From Octopus sinensis (lineage: Eukaryota), in NCBI RefSeq assembly GCF_006345805.1, contig NW_021835214.1:1-44040 (forward strand): 44,040 nt of DNA, given 5' to 3'. Made by a program: the position numbers and the translations under genes. Positions 24,296 through 37,818 of the stretch are shown here, piece after piece. Below the pieces are notes generated by a model. It ran no database searches, was not told where the DNA came from, and saw nothing but the letters and a program-made list of their open reading frames with translations. Position 1 is the first letter of the stretch. Every line of letters begins with the position of its first letter.

Positions 24296-24815
24296 TGGCG
24301 TAGGAGTGGCTGTGTGGTAAGTAGCTTGCTTACCAGCCACATGGTTCCGGGTCCAGTCCAACTGCATGGCACCTTGGGCAAGTGTCTTCTACTATAGCCT
24401 CGGGCCGCCCAAAGCCATGTGAGTGGATTTGGTAGACAGAAACTGAAAGAAGCCCGTCGTATATATATGTATATATATGGTTCAGTTGCACTGCGTAGCA
24501 CCTTGGGCAAGTGTCTTCTACTATAGCCTCGGGCCGACCGAAGCCTTGTGAGTGGATTTAGTAGGCGGAAATTGAAAGAAGCCCGTCGTATATATATGTA
24601 TATATATGGTTCAGTTCCACTGCGTGGCACCTTGGGCAAGTGTCTTCTACTATAGCCTCGGGCCGCCCAAAGCCATGTGAGTTGATTTGGTAGACGGAAA
24701 CTTAAAGAAGCCCGTCGTATATATATGTATATATATATGGTTCAGTCCCACTGCGTGGCACCTTGGGCAAGTCTCTTCTACTATAGCCTCGGGCCGACCG
24801 AAGCCTTGTGAGTCT
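24296..24815 (+). mobile_element. Tandem array of four family B heads (about 129-bp period)
   Basis: One complete head, then units restarting at ggttcagt at 24479, 24608 and 24739. Confidence 0.92.
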
Positions 24816-25429
24816 CATAATAACTGGCATTTAGTTCACAGATTTTTAGCGGACTATAGTCTTCCGTATCTGCACATTTCCCCTTTTGGAATTTTTGGAA
24901 CGTTTTACAAGATTCTTACATTGACCAGCTTCTATTTACATTTAATTCTTCAGGATATCTTCCAGCATTCGTTGTTTGTGTTATTATCTGGTCCTTATCT
25001 AAATCGTATTGATTTTGTTAACTGAAATACAATGTATTCTGTGTTGTATCCTATTGTATATTTTAATATAAATCGTTGTTCGACAAAAGAGCTGTTAAAA
25101 CACGTTATAATATACAACGCGAAACGACACAAAAAGAGAAAAATAAATATTAATTGCTTGATACAACGATTCTATAAGAATTCCAGAAATTATTAACAGA
25201 AGATTAGCAATGGACACATTATGTGTGTGTGTTTGTGTGTGTGAGTGTGTATGTGTGTGTGTGTGTGTGCGTGTGTGTGTCTGTGTGTGTGTGTGTGTGT
25301 GTGTGTCTGCCTGTGCATATATATACATAAGTATATGTACATGTACATGCATATATATATATATTATACATACACGCACGCACATATATATATATATATA
25401 AATGCATTTATATATATACATATATATAC

Positions 25430-25460
<31 letters not shown>

Positions 25461-25554
25461 GATATATATACAGTAAGAGAGCGATCCATTAAAAAACCTA
25501 GTATGGGATGAATTATACACGCATACATATATGTAGACACAATATACGCATATA

Positions 25555-25603
<49 letters not shown>

Positions 25604-26808
25604 GTATGTATATATACATACACACATATATATATATATGCGTGTATTGTGTCTACATATATGTATGCTTGTATATTCATTCCATACTACATGTATGTAT
25701 ATGTATGTTTGTATGTATGTATGTATAACTGTATGTAAGTATAACCCTTCAGGTTAATGTAAAATAGTTTTTTATTACAACTGAACATCGAAACAAGCAT
25801 TAATATATGTATACAAACATACATACATACATACGTGTGTGCGTATACATATATATGTGTGTATATTTCTACTTCTATACATCCATTCTTACGTACATAT
25901 ATACATACATACCCTGCTGGTATGAATATCTCTTGGAATATCCGAGACAGAGTTAATAGCTAAACGCAACTGCTTTGAAGCCTTCCCATTCTCTCTACCC
26001 TTATTATAATTTCACGTTTACATCAATAACAATTCGTCCACTCGGTTTTCTTATAAAATGCCGAAGTGACAATTTGCATCAGGTAAGGTTTCCAGAAAGA
26101 CAAATCAACTAACTCTCTCATTACAAATACAATCTGAATCATAGATATATGCAAAACATTTTCAAAGTTCAATATGTGAATTTGTTTTCGTTCACAACAT
26201 TCAAACGACGGAGCTGTGTGACTTTCTTAGAAACTATTTTCTTACAAGAAAATTCCATAAAGTAAAAAATAGAAGAAAAGATACATGCATATACACACGT
26301 ACATACATACAAACTCTTGTATACATACGAGTATATATATAGACATTTATATAAGCGACGTTGTCGATTCCTTCGACTAAAGATTTCGCAAGGTGCTCCA
26401 GCAGTCCGAAGTCTAATCACTGAAACAAGTAAAAGAAAAGGATGAAGAATATATATATGTATATATATATATATATATTAAATTAGAGATAAAACCACTA
26501 TTAGGCAAATCAAACAATGAAAAACATAAAACAAAACATAAAAATAAACATAATGAAAATAATATATATAAAATATAAAATATAAAATTTAAATTATTTA
26601 AATTTAAATTTTTTAATTCATTTTTATAAATTTTTATATTTTTTGAATATTTTTTAAAATTTTAAATTAATAAATTTTAAATTTTTTTTTATTATTTTTT
26701 TTTTTTTAAATATATATAATTATCAAAAAGTATTAAAAAGTTTAATACAAGATAATAAGTATATATACATTTACATACATACATATATACACAATATACA
26801 TGTATATA

Positions 26809-27200
26809 TACTTGGCAGAAGTAAATAGACCCACTTATAATCGTTAAAATTTATCTAAATCTTAAATTATACATTCAAATTATTTATTAATTGTTATAAT
26901 TGTTATAATTTATTAATTGTTATAAATTTAATATTAAATAGGCATGCCCTTTTCTTTTTTCAACGCAAGGACCCTATTAGCCATGTTACTGATAAGATGA
27001 ATATTCGCTTGCGGGATCTTTTGCCATGTTTCATGCAGTAATCTCAAATGATTTGGTATTGAAGAAGCATTCATGTTCTTTGCACGGGAAACCTGCCTTT
27101 GTGTGGCGTGTTTCCCCATTTTGTAAATTCGTTTTTCGGCTTTCTTAGCCATTTTCTGTTTTGAGCATGGCGACTTCAAAGCCATGAAGTCGTTCTTCGA
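26809..27200 (-). mobile_element. Tc1/mariner transposon 3' remnant
   Basis: ETWQKIPQANIHLISNMANRVLALKKEKGMPI matches the Tc1 transposase C-terminus W..IP...I..LI.SM..R..AV...KG. A possible terminal inverted repeat TA-cttggcagaagtaaatagacccac lies at about 26809-26835. Confidence 0.65.
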
Positions 27201-27397
27201 GAAGAACGGTGGTCTCCTTGACAACGCTTACGACGTGTGTTTTCGCTACCCTCCCCTTCCCCACAGCTTCATGAGGGAGGGAAAGAAGGGGAGGAGCAAC
27301 ACAGGTGCAGGTGTGAGCACGGACGCCGACACACGGAGAAATTTGGAAGGACCCAGACGACAGCTTCACTGTCAACCACTACTAGGGACAACTCTGC

Positions 27398-30300
27398 CGC
27401 CGCCGCCGCCGCCTCCGCCGCCACAGCCACCACTATTACCACCATCACCACCACAACCACCACGACCACCAGCACCACAACCACCACCACCACCACTAGC
27501 ACCACCACCACCACTAGCACCACAACCACCACCACCACCACCACCACCATCACCACCACAACCACCACGACCACTAGCACCACCAATACCACCACCACCA
27601 CCATCGCCAGCACCACAACCACCACCACCACCACCACTAGCACCACAACCACCACCACTAGCACCACCAATACCACCACCACCACCATCACCACCACCAC
27701 CACCATCGCCAGCACCACCACCAACACCACCACCAACACCACCACCACCACTAGCACCACAACCACCACCACCACTAGCACCACAACCACCACCACCACT
27801 AGCACCACAACCACCACCACCACCGCTACCAGCACCACCACCACAACCACCACCACCACCACCACTAGCACCACAACCACCACCACCACCGCTACCAGCA
27901 CCACCACCACAACCACCACCACCCACCACCACCACTAGCACCACAACCACAACACCACCAACCACCACCACTAGCACCACAACCAACCACCACCACTAGC
28001 CCACCACCACCACTACACCACAACCGCCACAACCACCACCCTACCACCACCACAACCACCACCCACCACCACCACAACCACTAGCACCACAACAACCCCA
28101 CCACCACCACTAGCACCACAACCACCACCACCACTAGCACCCACCACCACCAGTACCACCACCCAACACCAACACCACCACCACTAGCACCACCACCACC
28201 AATACACCACCAATACCACCACCCCACCACCACCACCACCCACTAGCACCACAACCACCACCACCACCACCACCACTAGCACCACCAATCCACCGCTACC
28301 ACCACCACCACTAGCACCACAACCCACCACCACCACCACTAGCACCACAACCACACACCACCACCACTAGCAACACCACCACCAATACCACCAACAACCA
28401 CCACCACCACCACTAGCCCACCACAACCACCACCCCACCACTAGCACCCAACACCACCACCACCACTAGCACCACAACCACCACCACCACCACTAGCACC
28501 ACACCAACCATCCACAACAACCACCACCACCACCACTAGCAACCACAACCACCACCACCACCACCACCCTAGCACCACCAATACCACCAACCACCACCCA
28601 ACCACCACCATCACCGCTACCACCCACCACCACCACTCCACCACAACCACCACCACTAGCACCGCCAATACCACCAAACCACCAACACCACCAACCACCA
28701 CCACTAGCACCACCCCACCACCAATACCACCACACCCCCACCACCACCAACACACCACTAGCACCACAACCACCACCACCACCACCACCATCACTAGCAC
28801 ACCAATACCACCAAAACCACCACCACCACAAACACCACCACACCGCTACCACCACCACCACCACTAGCACCACAACCACCACCACCACCACTAGCAACCA
28901 CCACCACCACTAGCAACCACACCACCACCACTAGCACCACAACCACCACCACCACCACACCACTAGCCCCACAACCACCACCACCACTAGCACCACCAAT
29001 ACACACCACAACCACCACCACCACACCACCACCACCACCGCTACCACACACCCCACCACCACTAGCACCACAACCCCCACCACCACCACTAGCACCACCA
29101 CCAGCAATATCACCACAACCCCCACCACCACCACCACCACTAGCACCACAACCACCACCCCCACACCACTAGCACCACCAATACCACCACAACCACCACA
29201 CCACCACCACACACAACACACCCCGCTACCACCACCACCACTAGCACCACAACCACCACCACTAGCACCGCCAATACCAACCAACAACCACCACACCACT
29301 AGCACCACAACCACCACCACCACCACCACTAGCACCACCAATACCACCACACCCCACCACCACCGCTACCACCACCACCACCACTAGCACCACAACCACC
29401 ACCACTAGCACCACCAATACCACCACAACCACCACCACCACCACCACCACCACCACCACTAGCACCACCACCACCAATACCACCACAACCACCACCACCA
29501 CCACCAATACCACCACAACCACCACCACCACCACCACCACTAGCACCACCAATACCACCACAACCACCACCACCACCGCTACCACCACCACCACTAGCAC
29601 CCAACCACCACCACTAACACCACCAATACCACCACACCCCACCACCACCACCACCACCACCACTAGCACCACCACCACCAATACCACCGCTACCACCACC
29701 ACACCACAAACCACCACCACCACCACCACACCACCACCCACCACCGCTAGCACCACCACCACCCCACCACCACTAGCACCACAACCACCACCACTAGCAC
29801 CACCAATACCCACCACAACCACCACCACCACCACAACCACCACACCACCACTAGCACCACAACCACCACTAGCACCACCAATACCACCATAACCACCACC
29901 ACCACCACCACCACCACCACTAGCCACCACCAACCACCACTAGCACCACAACCCACAACCACCACCAACCAACCACTAGCACCACAACACCACAACCACC
30001 ACCCACCACCGCTACACCACACCACCACCACCACCACCACCACCCTAGCACCACACCACACCACCACCGCTACCAGCACCACCACCCAACCACCACCACC
30101 ACCAACCACTACCACCACACCACACAACCACCACCACCAGCACCACCACCACAACCACCCACCACCAGCACCACCACCACAACCACCACCACCACCACCA
30201 ACCCTAGCACACACACCACAACCACCACCCCGACCGCTACCCAGCACCACCACCACACCACCACCACCACCACCACCCTAAGCACCACAACCACCACACA

Positions 30301-30856
30301 GCCACCACCACCACCACCACCACCATCACCAGCACCAGCACCACAACCACCACCACTAGCACCACCAATACCACCATCACCACCACCACTAGCACCACAT
30401 CCACCACAACCACCACCACCCACCACCCCACTAGCACCACACCACCACAACACCACCACCACCACCACCACCACCACTAGCACGCACCACACCACCACTA
30501 GCACACAACCACCCCAACCACCCCACCACCACCACCGCTACCATCACCAGCACCACCACTACCACCACAGCAACCACACCCCACACAACCACCACCACCA
30601 CCCCACCACCACCATCACCAGCACCACAACCACCACCACACCACACCCATCACACCACTACCACCACCACTAGCACCACAAACCACACCAACCACCACCG
30701 CTACCACCACCATCACCACAACCACCACCACCACCACCACCACCACCGCTACCATCACCAGCACCACAACCACCACCACTAACACCACCAATACCACCAC
30801 CACCACCATCACCACAACCACCACCACCACCACCACCACTAGCACCACCACCACCT
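27398..30856. repeat. About 3.5-kb (CCA)n-based minisatellite with a recurrent ccaccaccactagcaccacaa unit
   Basis: Read directly. Triplet phase is kept at both ends; the middle has many 1-nt indels. Confidence 0.97.
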
Positions 30857-31295
30857 ATCCAATATGTCCCAGGGGTGTTCAATAGTCTTCATATCTGCTG
30901 ACCCGTCGGCTACGGAAGCTTTTTTGCTTAGCAGATGCAAATCAACGTAGAAAAGTTTTTACGAAAAAAGGAGATTTCTTTCGAAGCTATCATTAAAACA
31001 AATGCAGATATAATATAACTTTTAGCATTATGAGAATCGGCTGAAATATTCAAAAGCTGAACCAGACACTCTCATGGAATGTGACCAAATGAAGTTCATG
31101 TTTTAACGAAGTTCCTCTTACTGTCCACACGCTTCCATCAATTTTACAGTGTTTGGATCCCATTGGCGAAGATGCTATCCTGTTGGTCAAAAGAATCATC
31201 AACACCACATGAGCCGTCATCATCACGGCGATAAAGGTGTCCAGCCGAGTGTTTTTTCATCTTGGAAAACAGATGATAATCAAATGGACCCAAAT

Positions 31296-31415
31296 AGGCG
31301 CAGTGGTGGCTGTGTGGTAAGTAGCTTGCTTACCAACCACATGGTTCCGGGTTCCGTCCCACTGCGCGACACCTTGTGCAAGTGTCTTCTGCTATAGCCT
31401 CGGGCCGACCAAAGC
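31296..31415 (+). mobile_element. SINE family B head fragment
   Basis: ggcgcagtggtggctgtgtggtaagtagcttgcttaccaaccacatggttccgggttcc...gcctcgggccgaccaaagc. Confidence 0.85.
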
Positions 31416-31489
31416 GAGTACTGTCCAAATCTCTGACCAATCACATACAGCTAGCTGGCATTCAATTGGCATATCAAGTTTCGGGCATT

Positions 31490-32258
31490 TTGATTGGGTT
31501 TTGGATAGGAAATTCACAAAATAATCACTTCTATTGATCTTTTAATGGCTTTGCGGGGTAACTGGTGTAATGTAAAGATGTGCATGACCATTCTTGGACG
31601 GTTTTGAATGACCATAGAAAGTGCGAGCCCTCTAACTGAAAAATTGTGGATTTGTATAAAGGACACACACACACACACAGAGACATTTTGCCGTTTGTAT
31701 ATATATTTAATGGCTTTGCGGGGAGACTGAGGAAATGTAGAGATGTGCACGACCACCCTTGGACAGTTTTGAATGACCATAGAAAGTACGAGCTCTCTAA
31801 CTGACAGATTGTGGATTTGTATAAAGGACTCACACGCAGACATTTTGCCGTTTATATATAGAGAGATTTTGATTGGGTTTTGGATAGAAAATTCACAAAA
31901 AAGTCACTTCTATTGATTTTTTAATGGCTTTGTGGAGTGACTGGGGAAATGTAAGGATGTGCAGGACTACCCTTGGAATGGTTTGAATGATCATAGAAAG
32001 TGCGAGCCCTCTATCTAAAAAATTGTGGATTTGTATAAAGGACACGGACACACACACACAGACAGAAATTTTGCCGTTTATATATATATTTAATGGCTTT
32101 GCAGGGTGACTGGGGAAATGAAAAGATGTGCAGGACTACCCTTGGAATGGTTTGAATGATTATAGAAAGTGCGAGCCGTCTATCTGGAAAATTGTGGATT
32201 TGTATAAAGGACACACACACACACACAGACAGACATTTTGTCATTTATATATCTAGAG
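31490..32258 (-). mobile_element. Four tandem units (long-short-long-short) resembling Helitron-type 5' ends
   Basis: Units of about 155-225 bp start at about 31490, 31708, 31866 and 32090. Each pair begins on the minus strand with TCTCTATATATAAACGGC or TCTAGATATATAAATGAC followed by gtctgt/gtgt repeats. Confidence 0.6.
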
Positions 32259-33182
32259 ATAAGCGCTCCACGCTGCTTCCAAATACTTGTCACAGAACAA
32301 TTGTGTATTTGAAAGTTTTATTATTCTCCATTATGCTCAACATATGAATCAGATTCTTCTATGTATGTATGTGCACTTGTGTGTGTGTGTCTGCATCTCT
32401 GTTTATATATGTTGTGTGTATTTGTGTGTTTTGTTCAGCTACGTAGCATCCACGCTAGCGTTACGATGGCGGGGGAGCAACAAGCAGCGCAGTTCGAAAG
32501 CCGTTTTATGACTTACTTCACTCAGCTCTTCAGTCTAGTTAACTTACAATCTACAATCTATAATGCTTAAGCTGTTATTTATGACCAGTTTGCCTACCGT
32601 ATTTACACAATTAATCCTATTTATGGAAATGCGTCTGAATTTTAATATGATTGTGATTATACTTAAATTTATGCTTCTAATTTCTCCTTCTCTCTCTTTC
32701 TCTCTCTCTCTGTTATGTCTTTTCGTTTTTATCTACCTCCAAATACGTCGATCTCTTTTCATTCTGCTCTAATTATCTTAACTAGCCTCTCCGTAGAAGT
32801 TCTCCATTTTATAAGTGTTTTTATATCTATCTATACGTTTATGCGTCTCCCAAAGTTTGTATCATTATCTTGACTATTTCATTTATATATGAAAGTCCGT
32901 TTGATATTTAAAGTTCTTTAGTGTGTAACACTTCAATCTGCATCATTATTGTAAAGATTTCGCTTACATCTAAGATATCCTTCCATAGGGAAGTTTGTTA
33001 AATCTTTCCCATGCGATCTTCTTTCACCAACTTAAATATTTAGATATAATTCGATAGATACACCTAATTTTATATTAGTATTGAATTAGTTTATCGCTTT
33101 TAGTATGTTCAGAAAGTGCTTCTGTCACCAAATCCCCTAAGAAGTGACGGTATACCTACTCAATTTATTTTTCTCTTTTTAA

Positions 33183-33558
33183 TCTCTATATATATAAAGT
33201 TGTCTGTCTGTGTGTAGCAGGTTTGGTAGCCTTCAACTAACACTATCTCCTCCGACACCCTGCGGCGAAAGTTGACCAAAATTGAGAGTATGATAGAAGA
33301 AGGCTTGCTCTTCCTTCCTTCAAATCGGACCATGTTAACACCAAAAATCATTTACATCAAAAAGGTGATTTTTTTCTATGAAAATCCCTATTTTTTACGA
33401 TTTTTTTACTGCTGTGTCGCCAATTTTCGGTGTATTTCAACCAGAAAAATATTCACTTAAAGAGAATAACAAGCTACATAATTGAAAAGTTTTATTTTTT
33501 TTTAATTTCAATTCTAAAGGGTCGAAACAAACCCGAACAACGCCGGGCAAACTGCTTG
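33183..33558 (+). mobile_element. Non-autonomous Helitron-like element
   Basis: 5' A|TCTCTATATATATAAAGttgtctgtctgtgtgt. 3' GC-rich hairpin cccgaacaacgccggg followed by CTTG|T (CTRR-like). Inserted between A and T with no target-site duplication (TSD). Confidence 0.7.
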
Positions 33559-34152
33559 TTTGTGTGCCTGGTTGTCTGTATTTGTGCATGAGCGTAATAA
33601 TGTGCTGCTGGTTAAACTCGAACCTGAAAACCCATGATTTGCGACCCGATCCACTTCAGCCCTTCTCTCTATACAGCCTCACCTGCACCAATATTCGTTC
33701 ACTTTGCTGCTGCATTACATCCCATTCTTTGATCTTTCCAACGCTAATCCAATTTCCAGAGAAAATTTTCCTGATTTGATTTACAAATCGATCGATTTGC
33801 TTTAACATTCTTGGGATCAAAGGCAACAACAAAAAATAATAGATCTGCAGGAATCGTTCTTGCGAATTCAGAGGTTATTGAGTAAGATTAATAAATGCCT
33901 TCCTTACCTTTTCCCTATCACCCAATAAAACGTTACCACGCTTTCTTCTTCTGATGTGAAGTCGTTCCAAGTCCGATTTATTGTGTAATACGATGTATAA
34001 TGAGAGGCCTCGTTGTCTTAACATCTATATTATCTTGTAGTGCTGCTGTGTTATGTTCCACTGCAACGCTTCAGGAGTGCGGGGTTAGGGTCTTGCTTCG
34101 TGTCTTAGGTTCACGCATACACACGTAGATACACATACACAAAAACACATAC

Positions 34153-34216
<64 letters not shown>

Positions 34217-34326
34217 CAAACAGACATATATATGTATACAGATATATATGTATATAGATATATATGGTTATATATATATACACACACACACACAAATACA
34301 CGTTAAGATAGACTGACAAAAATATC

Positions 34327-34327
34327 C

Positions 34328-34388
<61 letters not shown>

Positions 34389-34451
34389 CAGATAGATAGA
34401 TAGGATAGACAGACAGACAGACGATAGATAGATAGACAGATAGATAGATAT

Positions 34452-34495
<44 letters not shown>

Positions 34496-34548
34496 TAGAT
34501 AGATAGATAGATAGACAGACAGAGAGACAGACAGACAGATAGATAGAC

Positions 34549-34622
<74 letters not shown>

Positions 34623-34689
34623 GAATGTAGGTAGGTAGGTAGGTAGGTAGGTAGGTAGTGGATAGACAGATTGATAGATAGATAAATAA

Positions 34690-34721
<32 letters not shown>

Positions 34722-34724
34722 GTA

Positions 34725-34780
<56 letters not shown>

Positions 34781-34847
34781 GAAGGTAGGTAGGTAGGTAG
34801 GTAGGTAGGTAGGTAGTGGATAGACAGATTGATTGATAGATAAATAT

Positions 34848-34923
<76 letters not shown>

Positions 34924-34952
34924 GTAAATAGATAGATAGATAGATAGATGGA
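34327..34952. repeat. (AGAT)n/(AGAC)n/(AGGT)n compound microsatellite
   Basis: Read directly; source of ORF 34303..35112. Confidence 0.97.
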
Positions 34953-35068
34953 TGGATATTATATCCAAAATTGTCAGCATCTTTACGATAACAGCTAACA
35001 ACATCATCCCCATGAGCGTCTCACCATCACCGTCATCATAATCTTTATGAGAAATGCTCCTCCTCCTC

Positions 35069-35103
<35 letters not shown>

Positions 35104-35949
35104 CATTATCATCTTTTTACCATTAGTATTATTATGAGGATAGTGGTGGTCGTCGTGATGGTGGTGGTGGTGGTGGAGGTGGTGGTTATCGTGGTTTGAA
35201 TGTAACGATGATAATGATGATGATGATGAGGAGGAGGAGGAGGAGGAGGTGGAGGAGGAAGAGGAAGGAGGGGATATTGCTAATCTTCGCCATGTTCATT
35301 ATCATCATTATCTCCCCTCCATCACCACCACCACCAGATTACTTGGTGTACCAACCAATCAGTGCTTCCTTCATCAAAAAGATCTCCTTTCTGCTGCTGC
35401 TGCTGCTGCTGCGGCCACTGCTGCTGCCACTATGGCTTCCACAATTAAATAGAGTTGAGCCGGCATCATTGAATGTCAACTGATTACATTTGTGTGTAAT
35501 TCTATCAACTCATTATTGAATCGCCTTCAAATATAAAAGAGAACTACACTTTTCAATACTGCCGGTTCACCAGCTTACGTTGGAGTGGCTAATCCGTACA
35601 CACATGCGCAAACACACACATTCACACACAAAGGCACACTTGCATCTATATACACGTATTTGCGAATCTGTGCTTGTATGTGTGTGTATGTATATATATG
35701 TATACATGTATACATATATATGTGTGTATATGTATATATACATATAACCACTTATGTATATGGGTATATGTGTTTATGTGTGTGTGCGTGTGCGTGCACA
35801 TTCATGTTTGTGCGTGTGTAGAAATGAGTGTATATATATATATATATATATGTACACATTATAGACTCAGCAAACAACAACTGTGTGTTGAGTTCGCCTT
35901 TTCGTAATGACTGTAATTAGAAAAAGATCTTTAATATTGACATATCACG

Positions 35950-35992
<43 letters not shown>

Positions 35993-36085
35993 CAACAATT
36001 GAGGGTAATATTAATTAATTATTAATCAATTTCACCAAGTATTCAGTATGTAAAGGGACCATTATAGGCGAATTCAAAATATTAC

Positions 36086-36168
36086 ATTATATATAAGGGC
36101 TTAGTAAAATAAATTACTTTGCCAGTATGTGGCAAAGTAATTTATTTTACTAAGCCCTTATATATAAT
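36086..36168. repeat. Perfect palindrome with 39-bp arms and a 5-nt spacer, running into a (TA)n tract to about 36625
   Basis: attatatataagggcttagtaaaataaattactttgcca-gtatg-tggcaaagtaatttattttactaagcccttatatataat. Confidence 0.95.
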
Positions 36169-36179
36169 ATATATATATA

Positions 36180-36214
<35 letters not shown>

Positions 36215-36286
36215 CATAAACACACATATAGAAACACATTTTTATACATACATATATATATACATATATATATACATATATATATA

Positions 36287-36344
<58 letters not shown>

Positions 36345-36471
36345 TATATATATATAATATATATATAATAATATATATATACATATATATATATATAGAT
36401 ATATATATATATATATATATACATAAACACACATATAGAAACACATTTTTATACATACATATATATATATG

Positions 36472-36535
<64 letters not shown>

Positions 36536-36672
36536 AACACATATATAAACGCATTTCTATATATATATGTAAAAACACATTTTGTTTGATACATATATAT
36601 GTATATAATATATATATATACATATGTAGGTATATATATATTTGTAAGTTCGTACGTATGTATGTACGTGTC

Positions 36673-36710
<38 letters not shown>

Positions 36711-37535
36711 TGTCTATGTGTGTGTGTGTGCTTGTGTGATACTGTGTTTTCTGGCTGCAAAGATATCATTAATTATTTGACAATAATTATGGATGTCAGC
36801 GGAAGATATCAACTGAGAATGTAGGAGGCAATATCGACGCTGAACCAATTTTCCAAAATGTCGCTGACGTTTTAATAACCCGTATGAAGCTCTAAGTAGC
36901 AAAAATATCATTAGCCGCTAGATTTTAGATTGGTCAAGAGGTATCGTGTATGCGCCGTCTGATGAAGATCTTCGTCAGGACACTTAATGTTTGACTTTTA
37001 CGTAGTTTTCTAGCATTAATTAATGGCTTATTAAAATTCTACGAGAAGTTGGTCAGATCATTTGAGGTGATAAATTTAGGAACTATCTTAATCAGCGTTG
37101 TCCTACTTTTGAATTTTAATAAACTAATATGTTTTGTCACTTTAGATCGATCCTAGACCAGATCTGATTGATAATTTTCTGTGGGTTTTTTTCTGGTAGG
37201 TAATGGCCGCCCATGTGGGCTAGTACTTTTTCAGGGTCAGCAATATGCTGCAATTGTAGGGCGGAATTTTTCTTGAAACAGGAATCCTGTCCTATACACT
37301 TGCACATAACATGGTCGCAAGAGTGACCGTCTGGTAAGAAGCTTACTTCACAACCTCGTGGCAACTTGAGCAAGTGTCAAGATTGCCCCCCCCCCCCAGT
37401 TGTTACGACCTCACAAATTGGTCAAGTGTTTTCGATTATTGCTTCGGGCCAACAAAAGGTCCGCGAACAATTGTGAGAGGATTCGGTATAAAGAAACCGA
37501 ACGAAAGCTGCTCTCTCTCTCTCTCCCTCTTTCTC

Positions 37536-37576
<41 letters not shown>

Positions 37577-37649
37577 ATCTCTCTCTCTCTCTCTCTTTCT
37601 CTTTCTCTCTCTATCTCTCTCTCTCTGTATATATATACATTACATATAT

Positions 37650-37812
37650 AATGTACAATTGACGGATGTTTGTCCTCGTCTTGTTTGTTGTTAACACAAT
37701 GTTTCGGCTGATATACCCTCCAGCATTTATGAAGCATCTTTTCCCTGAAGGCAGGAGGGTTCGTCAGCCGAAACAAGATGACAAATATCCGTCAATTGTA
37801 AATAATGTACAT
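37650..37812. mobile_element. Divergent pair of PLE-like pseudo-LTR fragments, each with a decayed hammerhead core
   Basis: Minus copy: gctggagggtatatcagccgaaacattgtgttaacaacaaacaag. Plus copy: ctgaaggcaggagggttcgtcagccgaaacaagatgacaaatatccgtcaa. A third copy lies at 42086-42180. Confidence 0.6.
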
Positions 37813-37818
37813 AATATA

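Noticed and set aside
33683-33845. Minus-strand open frame ending at a CAG|GTGAGG donor (MLKQIDRFVNQIRKIFSGNW...)
   Set aside because: The acceptor is ambiguous, the peptide is unrecognised and there is no partner exon. Chance occurrence is plausible.
36957-36978. ctgatgaagatcttcgtcag palindrome with a CUGANGA on each strand
   Set aside because: There is no stem II-GAAA half on either strand, and it is too short to call.
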